A DNA stretch of 64,000 bases, taken from positions 248,001-312,000 of the forward strand of contig NEEC01000025.1 in NCBI GenBank assembly GCA_002189035.1. The letters are read 5' to 3'. Of the stretch, positions 1-10,900 are shown in pieces (position 1 is the first letter of the stretch; each line of letters starts with the position of its first letter). The stretch is from Utricularia gibba (taxonomy: Eukaryota; Plantae; Magnoliophyta). Both the position numbers and the translations under genes were made by a program. A model generated the notes under the pieces. It was not told the DNA's origin. It did no database searches and worked only from the letters and a program-made list of their open reading frames with translations.

Positions 1-22
1 CGAGTTGCGATTCGTCAGCCAT
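1..22 (-). other. possible start of a gene leaving the window (MADESQL...)
   Basis: ATG at 22 on the minus strand reads ATGGCTGACGAATCGCAACTCG, divergent from dUTPase. Only 7 codons are visible. Confidence 0.2.
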
Positions 23-277
23 TGATCCACAAAACGCGAAATTCCTTGAGCACACTGAAATGCGATTAACTCCTCGAGCGACCGTGGGCAGGGAGGTTCG
101 AGTGTAGGGCAAACAGCAGCATAAATCAGCAAATCGCAAGGGTAGGTAATTACGTGGCCCCCACCGGCTCACATTAGCACGTCCTGCGCACTGGACAGAG
201 CGTGGCTTCACTCTCCATCTTGTAATTACGCTTTTAGCCTTCAGACGGCGTCGGTTCAGTTCCGCCTGAATTTGGGC

Positions 278-286
278 GCGGGAAAA
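278..286 (-). promoter_or_regulatory. E2F-binding site TTTTCCCGC upstream of dUTPase
   Basis: The plus strand reads GCGGGAAAA ~115 bp upstream of the DUT ATG. It matches the plant E2F consensus TTTSSCGS. Confidence 0.6.
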
Positions 287-400
287 TTTCTCCATCGCCG
301 CTGATTTGCCGCTAAAACGTGAATGTTCGCTGCAAGTATAAGGGTTTTTCATCTTCCCTGCAGGGCTCATTTGCCTTTCTTGAAAGTTTCGACCTTGGCA

Positions 401-1270
401 ATGGAAGATGGCACCCAGTTGGTTTCTAGGGCGTCACAATGCCCAAATGGTAATCATTTTTGCTTAGTAGCGTAGCTTCTCTGGTTTTCATCGTTGCTGA
501 AGTGTAGAAAGTGTAGCATGGAATAAAAATGTCGACTCTCTCTTTCTTTCTCTATGTGTGTATATAGGGGCAGAAGCACCCACTGGTGATGCTGATGAAA
601 TCAAGGAACCTCCCAGTAAAATTCAGAAGCTCCATCAACAATTTTTTCGGGTCAAAAAGCTCTCCGAGAACGCCATTTTGCCGTCAAGGGGTTCCCCTCT
701 TGCTGCTGGATATGACCTTTACAGGTACATGTAGTTCAAGTAAATGGATAAAAAACTTATCTTCACTGTAAATGGGCTCCATTCCTTAAAGCAAAAGAGA
801 AAAGGGAAAACCCCAGTGCTGGATTATAACCCTTTATTCTAACTTCCAGTGCAGCTGACACCATCGTCCCCGCCCGAGGCAAGGCCCTGGTACCCACTGA
901 TCTGAGCATCGCCATCCCTGAAGACACTTACGCCAGAGTTGGTAAATAATGCATAAAACCCTCTGCTCTTCCTCTGGCTTATCTCATCTTATACATCCCT
1001 TTGGCAATGTTTTGGCTACCGGAAGCACCCCGGTCGGGCTTAGCATGGAAGCATTCGATCGACGTGGGCGCCGGTGTAATTGACGCCGACTACAGGGGGC
1101 CTGTTGGGGTGATTCTGTTCAACCATTCCGATACAGACTTCAACGTGAAGGCTGGTGACCGGGTCGCGCAGATGATCATTGAAAAGATTGTAACTCCTGA
1201 GATTCTGGAAGTGGATGATCTTGATGCAACTGTTAGGGGGGATGGAGGCTTCGGATCCACAGGCGTATAA
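401..1270 (+). CDS. DUT1: dUTP pyrophosphatase, 4 exons (401-449, 568-724, 850-941, 1026-1270)
   Basis: The spliced product contains AAGYDLYS, IAPRSGLA-type motif II (VAPRSGLA), [17 protein letters not shown] and C-terminal [10 protein letters not shown]. All introns are [13 protein letters not shown] is NLS-like. Confidence 0.95.
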
Positions 1271-4200
1271 CCAACCGGCTACTTGAATTTCACTTTGCTC
1301 TGTTCTTTTGTTGTCATGTGATGTGATCATCTCTGCACTGTAATCCGTGTGAAGTGGGCCTCATATGAGACGACTTCACTTCATAGTGTACTTGAACCCG
1401 TTTTGGCCCACGTTTCCGGCCCAAATTTATTCCCTCGTTCTGTCGAAGTTGGGCCCAAACCACACCAATGGGAGTGCAAAATTTCGTGTTTGTTAAATGG
1501 AATAAAAATTATTAAAATTGAAAGTTGATATTTCTAAGTTTTAGAGTATGTAAATCTCATTACCAAACACACTCTAAATGAATTTCAGTAACTTTAGGTT
1601 CGTCATCGTATTGACAAATATAGCATTGAGATTATTTCACTTTGTAGCTATAGTTGAATCAAGGTTGGATTTTCAATCCAATTCCAATTCAAACATCCTT
1701 ATTTTTAAAAGTGTATTTTAGAAAATTGGCTATATAATCTTTCTCTTTTATACACTACGATCAGAATTTTATAGATACGTAGGTTATTTTTCTCATACAT
1801 TCAAAAAACATTATCCATTTCTACAATGCATACTAAGGTATTATAATATGAATATGATGTATATTTGATAGTTGGTGTAGTCAACAAAATAAAATTACTA
1901 AACTCAAAACTACATCAAACTATCTCCCAAACATATTCTAAGTGGAAACTACTAAATACAACGAACTTTTGAAATCTTGAATTAGACCCTTTTTTTTCGA
2001 TTTGATTCAATAATTTTAATACTATTTTTATTATAAATTGAATATCATTCAAATTATTATAAAAATGAATCAATTCAAAATCATGAGATAAAAACCCGGT
2101 TTTAAAAACTGTACAGCAAAGTCTAGCCATGGAGGTCAACTATCACAATTCACAACTCCATTGAAGTTCTCTTATGAGGATGATCCAGCCCACTTGAGTT
2201 TCTACCACACTACAGTTGTAATTACTGAATATTTAAATGCATTATTACACAGTTGAAGAATTATTCCCAGGGGCAGGGTGCAGTTACTGCATTATTTTAT
2301 TTCAAATATATTGCAAAAAAAAGACGCATTATTGAATAATAATAATATATTAGTGCATTATGGCAATCATGGCCATGCCTCATTATTGAACTTGTTTAAT
2401 CACTAATCTCTCTTCCATATTGTTTTTGATATTACAGATGCAACGTATTAGATGAACATACGTAAAATTTAAATATATAAGAAACGAAAATTATATTATT
2501 TATTCTAATATATACAATTATTGTGGAATTTATCCAAGAGCTAACAACCACATGGATGGCATTGGATTATTGATAACCAGATTCGTAAATGATTCAACAC
2601 CGAATCGTTTTCTTTTCTTCGTGATATCGAGTTCAGTGGCGCACTTGCATGGTGCATATTCCCGACCACGTAGCTTGGGCGAGCGTCGAGCGAGTTCACG
2701 CACGTGGTGAAAAAAAGAAAAAACACGGAGGGAATTAGGAGAGTGACGTGTGATAAAAAAAAAATGGTCGAAGTCAAATCCTGCACATTATTGATGCTAT
2801 TTAAATAAACCACGTCCCATAATATGTCGTCATTAAACGTAAAATTCATTTTATTTATTTATTTAGTTTACTAATTATTGGAGGGGACCCTCGTCCCTCC
2901 ATCTTACGATTGTATGAAAAAAATAATCATCTATCCATCTTATAATGTTACTATTTTTATAAAGTCAAATTTTGATATGGACAGTTTACCTCCAAGTATG
3001 TACACGATGGCATAGTGTGTAGAGATACATTGGATATGATATTTTTTAATATTAAAATAAATAAAATATGATTTTATTTTATTTCCAACAAAAGAAATCC
3101 ACGTAAGAGAAAAGAAGTCTGGGCTTCCTTCTCTTGTAATAAATACAACAACTACCACACACTTGCCGGAAAATGTATTAATATATTGTATTTTTAATTT
3201 TTTTTAATTTTTAAACGCAGGCGTTGATTTCGATGGAGGCGTGTTTATTAAAACTCGGGTAAAAGGAAGAGCAGTTGTGTTCTCGAGTCTAATGCTATTT
3301 ATTGGAGGATAAAAGTCGTATAATATTATTAATTAACGAATAATTATGCAACTATTAATTAATAAATACAACAAACGTAGGACAATCTTTTTTCCACACC
3401 TAAGAGCACTTGGTGTCCCCCGGATACACTCATAATTACGAAAATGACCTTGCCTTAAACAATTTAAAATAAATGGATTAAATTCATTTTTCGATTTAAT
3501 GATATATCAAAATTTAGGGGGGGTTGCAATCCGGTATGTGTAGAAGCCACGACAGGCTAGGGTGTAGGCAACAGTGAAGCATACCTGCCGAGACACGTGG
3601 ACCAATCAGGAGCTTCACTGTACTTTTTCTTACCCGAACAGAAGGTTCCTTGTTTTGTTTTGGGAGTTTAGTATAAACACAGTGATTTCCGACAGCGACC
3701 GGGGGCCAGGACCCCCGCCAAGAACAGCGACGTGGAGTGTACTTCGTACGACGAAGACGAGAGAAACGACAAAAAAGCTCATGAGTGTGGAATTGAATCG
3801 CGATCTCTTAATCTATTCACACTATGCAAATGGTATTATGACGTTTTCGAGGTACTTTAATTTTGATACGATCACAAAAAGTATCTGCAATACTAACACT
3901 CTGTATGGATCGTATGCATTGTGTCGTCTTTTATTAGTGATAATTAAAATAATTAAATATATAAAATTTTTAAAAATTTAATTAAAAATTTATTATATAT
4001 TTGAATATAAAGTATGTTCATTCCATCCAGATACAAACATCAAACGGATGTTTTAATGTTGGGTTGAACTTATCATATAGTTTACTAATTATATTTTTGC
4101 GCTGAACTATTTTTATGATGCGGTTTGTAAGCATATTATGAAAAATAAAAATAACTATTTTAAATTAATTTTTGAAAATAAAATTTTATTTTATTTCGTA

Positions 4201-4452
4201 ACAAAACTATTTATATAGTGTTTTATAGGTGATAACCCAAACTTGATTTTAAATTAAATTGGAAATTAGAAAATCTTCCACGGCCTAATTATTGAACCAT
4301 GAGGTGGCCACGTCACTTTGTTTGACGTGGAGATTTACTAGTAATTTTTTTTTTCTTGTTATTAATCCCATTTTTATATTGCATTTTTATTACCCGAGAT
4401 GCCCTATATATACCCCATTCGCCCTCGCTCCTCATTTCTGGGAGAAGCACAA

Positions 4453-6292
4453 ATGGCGCGGGGACTGGAAAGCGGTGAAGTCTGCTGGAGTTCCCCGTTG
4501 CTTTTCTTCCACAGCTTATGCCTCACTGTTCGGAAAAGAATCAACTCTTTTATCGCGTACATCCTCTACTTCTCCAGCCTCTCAGTCATCGGATTCGGGT
4601 TGCTGCGAGCTCTCAAGCCACGGACTCCCCAGCCGATCGGAGATCTCCGGATCTTCTTCACGGCTGTCTCCGCCGCCACGGTTTCGAGCATGTCGGTCGT
4701 CAACATGGAGGACTTTTCGGATTCTCAGCTTCTCGTTATGACGGTGTTGATGTTCTTAGGGGGAGAGGTTTTCCTTTCTATGGTTTCCCTTTATCTATCC
4801 AAGTCCAGAAGCATGAAGGCGAGAGGCGGCAGCCTGGCCAGGATCTCGGCTGCGAACTTGCCGGAGATAATCGAGATGAGGGCGGTGAATGATTCTGAGC
4901 GACAGTGTTCGGATTCCGGTGATAAGAAGAACCCGGTTCTCCGGCAGGAATCAATAAAGTTCCTTGTTCACGTGATCGCTGGTTACCTCCTGGGGATCCT
5001 GGTCCTCGGAGTTGCAGGCGTGGGAATCTACCTGGCTACCATTCCATCAGCAATGAACATACTGAGAACAAAACGACTCAAGCCATTCACCTTCGTGCTC
5101 TTCTCCATCGTCTCCACTTTCACCAACTGCGGATTCATTCCGACGAACGAAAACATGATGGTTTTCAGTAAGAACACCGGGCTACTGTGGATTCTAACAC
5201 CCCAGATCCTGCTCGGGAACACTCTGTTCCCCCTGCTCTACGGCTCCTCGTATGGATCCTCGGTAAAAAGGTGAAAAAGGCCGAATCCCAGTACTTATTA
5301 AGCCACGAATCAGAGCCGGTGTACTCTAGTCTGCTTCCCAAGCTCCACTCCTACCTCCTGACCGCAACAGTTTTCGTCTTCATCCTCACCGGAACCATCC
5401 TCTTCTGCGCCCTGGACTGGAACTCCCCCGCTGCTTCCGGCTTAAACAGCTACCAGAAATTCGCCGGCATCGTGTTCCAGTCCACCAACGCCAGACACGC
5501 CGGCGAGAGCGTGTTCAACATCGCCGCCCTCGCCCCGGCCCTCCTCGCTTTCTACGTCGTCATGATGTTAGTTCCACCATTCTTTGACCATGTCGGCCCG
5601 GGCCAGCCATCACTTTTCAACGCTATTTTACCTCTTCCTCCCGTAACGCATTTCCCTCTGCAGGTATTTACCGCGGTACACCACGTATCTTCCCATCGGG
5701 TTAAGGAGACAAGAAGGTGAAAAAAAGTTACCCGAAGACGGTCCACGTAAGCAGGGATGGGTGAAAAACCTGGTGTTTTCACCGCTGTCATATTTGGCCA
5801 TCTTCGTGATTCTGCTCTCCATCACCGAAGGGAACAGCATCCAGAACGACCCCGTCAACTTCAGCCTCCTCAACATCGTACTCGAAGTCGTGAGGTAATT
5901 TTTTTTAACCGCGCTCACAGCATTATTCAAATTTTTGACCGCAGTAAAACCCATTGACCACCAACTCCAACCCAAAGTAAAAGCAGTTTGATTTTTTTTA
6001 TTCATTAAAAAATATACATATATATTGTACGGCCGGTAGGTCTTCTTCTCGAGGACTGCACTAAAAAAACTCCAACCTTTGACCTTGAAGCTCGTACGGC
6101 AACGTTGGGCTCACGACGGGTTACAGTTGCGGGCTGAAACCAGCACCCGACCCGACATGCGTGGACACGTGGTATGGACTGTCCGGAAGATTTAGCGCCG
6201 GGGGTAAAGTCGTCATTATGGTGGTGATGTTTGTCGGACGGTTGAAACAATTCAACGTGGACGGCGGGGCAGCATGGGACCTCCTCATGTAA
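4453..6292 (+). CDS. HKT1: class I HKT Na+ transporter, 3 exons (4453-5566, 5664-5894, 6091-6292), with an apparent -1 frameshift at 5229-5233
   Basis: Pore-loop motifs are TVSSMS (Ser), STFTNCGF, NARHAGES and SSYGNVGL, an S-G-G-G filter. It has the typical two 3' introns and a TATA box at 4405-4412. The frame breaks at a C5 run. Confidence 0.9.
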
Positions 6293-6673
6293 CGTTCCTA
6301 CATCGGATGACCTAACAATTTAGGCACCACACATGTAATGAGGTTTTGATAATGGTGTGTGTGTACATGTACATTACATGCTAATGCTCCCTAAATCTCG
6401 ATACGAACCGAGCTCATTTCACTATGAAATTCGATGGTTTGGATGAACGCACATTATAATCAAATCCATCTAATGGTGTGTGTGTACATGCACTCGATAC
6501 GTACGCTCTATTATAGTGACAGAGGTGGAGATACAATGAGACTAAAGAAGAATTTGAGAGTCTTCAACTATTGACCACCTTGATTGGAGCGTGTCTTGGA
6601 TCCTAAATTAGGATCCATCTGACGAAAATTTGTTTATAAAACTATCCATCTTTCATTTCTCTCATATGTTACG

Positions 6674-7215
6674 TGTTAAAATACACAATCCTATATCGGA
6701 AAATAAAAATGGAAAAATCAAGTATATAAAAAATTATGGATAACTAGTAATCGATTGAGCTTAATCTTTTCTATTGTGATTTATGTTTCTTGTGTACTTG
6801 AGTTTCACGTGTGTGTTCGCTCAATCCATCGGATCCTGAATTTTAACATGGTGTCAGAGCATTTGCCTTGCAGCACGGTTTGGGTGGCCAAGATGAGTTT
6901 CATATTGGTCTGAGATCCAGTTAAAAAAACAAGAAGATGTATTGAGCTTAAGACGATAAAAATTAGATCAACCTATGACCCGAGCACTAACTATAATCAC
7001 ACAAAAAAACAACAAGTTTTAACTAAGATCAAAGATCAGTTCGACTTGAGGGTGAGTGTTAAAATACATAATCTCACATCGGAAAATAAAAGTGGAATAT
7101 TCAAATATATAAGAAATTGCAGATCACTAGTAATCGGTTGGGTCTAATTTTTTTTATTGTGTAATTGGGTTTCATGTGTACGCTCGTCCAACCTATCGAA
7201 TCCTGAATTTCAACA
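6674..7215 (+). mobile_element. TRIM (terminal-repeat retrotransposon in miniature), non-autonomous and degenerate
   Basis: Two diverged direct repeats at 6674-6848 (TGTTAAAA...TTTTAACA) and 7057-7215. PBS TGGTGTCAGAGC (6849-6860) is a one-mismatch match to the initiator tRNA-Met PBS. Purine-rich PPT GAGGGTGAG (7048-7056). 208-bp non-coding interior. No target-site duplication recognised. Confidence 0.85.
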
Positions 7216-7926
7216 ACATGATAGTAGTTTTCTTATATAATCATTTGACAGTAGATATTTTTCAAAATCAACTTACCACAAGTTGGATTGGGAGCATATT
7301 TTTGAAGAATCATGGGCACCACATAGCAACCCAAAAGGATGGCGGTCACCGCCCAAAATGTACAACCACTGACTGCAGGATCCACCCGCTATCATGCTTT
7401 GTACGTCGGCCGGACTCCCGTCACTCGTTGCCATCTTTCCGGCCTACCGCCCCATGGCCACGTTGAGAAAGGTGAGTCACTTATTTTAAATTATTTTTTA
7501 ATTATATAATATTATTCATTTCAAATACCTAATATTTATCGTTTTACATTCTCTTGAATCTATACAATACGGTGCACCACACAATTGTGCTCTAGTTTCG
7601 TTGGCGAGTAGTTCACACCTTCCCGGACATTTATATGGGACGCGGGACCCGAAAAGCCCACCCATTTAATGTTACTCTTCGGCCCAAACCCATTTAGGGT
7701 TCTAATTTTTTTTTTTGTTTATTAAATCACCTTTCTTTTTCATGGACATGGAAGTTGGTCTATTTCTTGAACTCCTCTGGGCAAGAAAAACCTCGCTGAT
7801 TGATACACAGAAAGAAGCTGCTTAGCCACGCTACAGGTGGTATCCATCATCTCTACACTTGATTTGTATATATATTCTTCAACTGCAGCAAGACTGTGCC
7901 GGCCGCGGCGCATCTCCGTGTTCCGA

Positions 7927-10900
7927 TCAGCTTACGCCGTTGTCTGAGCTGCTGCAAGCTTGGTTGGGCACGGCACTGGCTCCAAAATCACCATCCAAGC
8001 TCATCTGTTGGACTTCCTGAGGAGACAGGATCTTAATGCAACGAACACAGTTCACGAATTCCCTGCGCCACAGGCATTGATGATAATGATGGTGTGAGGG
8101 AATGGGAAGCACAGGAGGAGAAAAAGTTGCATTCTTGCAAGATCAGAAGGAACACGTACTCCCAAGGATCATCTCCGACCAGCAAGACATCGTTCTCATG
8201 GTCCACGTACACTAGCTTCCATCCTACTCTCTGCCGGTCCTCTAGTTGCCCCTCTATGCCGAATCTACGTGCTAAGTCTTGCTTCAGTTCATCGTATCCT
8301 GAGTACCGTGTGATGTCGATCGACCTTCCCACAGCTCCGCGTTTGTAGACCTATGAAGACATGGGAGTTGGGGGAGGCAAGCAAGTTAGCTCCTTTGACA
8401 TCATGGAACGTGTTTAGTGAAAAAAGTGCCAACCTTTGTGTATGTCCGCATCCGGCCACCCTGTTGAGGAACCCATGCACCTCTCGTCATGAAGCTACCG
8501 TCGCTCATGGTGGAATTCATGGAGTTGAATGTCAGACCTCCGAATGACTGGGAAGCCATGGATGATGTAAAATCTGCTTGGGGTTCCTTGGAGCCATCGT
8601 AGGACATCAGCATGCTTCCACTCGGCATGGTAGCAGAAAAGTCCTTGGATTCCATCATGTTTCGACCCATGGAATGATCTGGTAGTACAGGGAGTTCCAT
8701 CTGGTTCTCCATGTTAGATCCCAAGAGACCAATGTTTCTGGGATCACCATGGACTTCAATTTCCTGGCTTGCAGTTCTGAACAACGCAGGCTGAGAATTG
8801 AAAGATATGGAGTGGTTATTATGGGGCAGCTGACCATCATTCTGAGAAAGGACAGAAGTTGCTGAAGATGAACTATCCAGGTATTCTACTTGGGCGCAGG
8901 CAGGATTGGCATACATGTGTGAAGCCAGGAAATCCTGATTTCTGGGTGTATTCATTGCCGGCTTCTCCTCGGAGACGGTCGGAATCTCCTTTACTAGATT
9001 ACCATTCGGGAACATAGGCTCCTGTCCATTTGTGTTGAAAAGCATGACAGAACATGCTGCATTTGTGCCGTTGTTTGTGGATGGGGAATTTGAACATGAA
9101 GGTGCATCCTCAGTAACTGCAGAAGGGCCTCCACCAACAGCACCAGTCAACCTACTACTGCTTCCTGCTGAAACCTGATTGTTCATAGGATTTAAGCAAC
9201 TTTCCAGACATCCATGTGATTCAGAGAACATTCCTGATTGCTGCGGTTGCTGAGACTTGGCCTGGAGAGGCGGTTTGTCAAACGCAGCACCATTTTGAAT
9301 GTTACCTCTGGGCTTCTGCATGCTGGTTGTAGCTTGGGGAACATCCATTAAAGGGTTTTCAGAAACACACCGGCCAAAGCTCTGGGGGATATCCCTGAAC
9401 TTGGGGTGATCAACTATCTGTGTAAAAGAAGACTGAGCCACCCCAGCTTGCTGAGCTAGAAGTGAAGTCTGCTGGTGTTGAAGCTTCTGTAGAAGCTGAA
9501 TCTGCATTTGGTTATCAGGCATAAGAAGCTGATGACTCAAGATATCAGACGATGGCACGGACGGCAATAAACTTTGATTAGAGATCTGCTGCTGCAGAAG
9601 TGCGGTATTTTCAGACAAACTTCGCTGAAGTTGCTGATTCAGAAGAGATTGCTGTTGCTGAGGTAAAGCAACCGGAGGTTGTAGAGGTCCTTGTGACTGA
9701 GTAAATTGAGCCGAGACTTGGTTAACCGGCAACCTTGTCGACAAACCTTGACTAACAAAATTTTGCCTCGGAGGATGAGGATTCAGGTCACTCATCTGCT
9801 CCAAGGGAGACATCAACGAACCAGTGGCATTTAGAGAAGATGATGGCAGATTCTGAGAAGGGTCATCTGCTGGTAGATTCGGCCTCATTGCATTGCCTTG
9901 GAAGCCGGCGGCCTGCAGCATTTGTGTTGCCGGCAAGCCGAACTGACGAGAAATATCATTGCTTGCAAGATTTTGCATAACCGGACCAGGCAAGGGACTG
10001 ATAAACTTAGCAAGGGAAGAAGAATTCTGCTGCATGCTCATCCATTGAGCTAGGCTCAGACCAGGCAATGGTTGTGGACCTTTAAAACCGAGATCGTCCC
10101 CCGCCCAAGGCATTGTCCTCCTGAATAGTACATCTGGATCAGAGTAATCATCATCTGCAAGAAGAAACATGTGTTTTTAGGGAAGGTGTTGAAATTCTTG
10201 ATCCATTTGTTCCAACAAACAGAATCTCAGAAAGTGTAGTCTGCCAAGCTTGGATGCCGAGAGACAGCATATCTGCTCCGTGCACTAAGCATGGACTAAA
10301 ACAAAAGTTCCTCCTTTACAAAACAATGATCAACAAGAAAGGCGAATTATTCGGAAGTGTATGCTACTATACGCTTTTCAGGAGCATCAAACTTCTCAAA
10401 TATCAAACATCATGTTCTATGAAACTATCACAACAAGACAAACACCTACTTCCATGTGCTGTGTACCTGGCATTCCTGGCTGTCTGGGACGTTTGGGACG
10501 GAGAAAGGGAGGTGTTGGCCAGATGAAAAATGGTGAAGTTACAGGCTCAATCTCCCAAACAGACACACGGTTGCGCTTTTCGCCTGCAGTTGACTCATCC
10601 CAACCAACCTATGAAATACATGTGTACCGTTATCTGAGCTTGTTGATCATGGATTGCAGAAGGGTTGATCAGTGATACCTGCAAGTTACGCCATTGGGAG
10701 TTCTTCCATCGAACCGGATCCAAGTCGCTGATCCCAGTTATAGTACCCATGTATCTGCCATGGATGGAGCATTTAGCGTTTAAAACAAAACGTTGTTGAT
10801 GAGGAAAAAACAATGGGAAACACTATCCTCACCTTCTTGTTCCAGATTCTTCAGTTTCAAACATCATCCGGAAGCGCATACCAAGTGAAATTTGGTTGCT

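Noticed and set aside
60-112. GGTTCGAGT resembling a tRNA B-box
   Set aside because: No A-box, acceptor stem or cloverleaf pairing around it.
1540-1576. TAGAGTATGT...ACACACTCTA imperfect inverted repeat, Tourist-MITE-like terminus
   Set aside because: Too short and degenerate to support a call without a family search.
2170-2235. Possible C/D snoRNA (GATGAT...CTGA)
   Set aside because: Box C is non-canonical, with no terminal stem and no recognisable rRNA guide.
3700-3757. Two small GC hairpins downstream of a TATAAA
   Set aside because: The 6-bp stems are expected by chance and match no known RNA.
4399-4452. Upstream in-frame ATG for HKT
   Set aside because: It lies upstream of the TATA box (4405-4412), so it is unlikely to be transcribed.
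6598-6616. GGATCCTA-AAT-TAGGATCC palindrome beside the TRIM
   Set aside because: An isolated 8-bp stem; it could be a transposon footprint but there is no supporting evidence.
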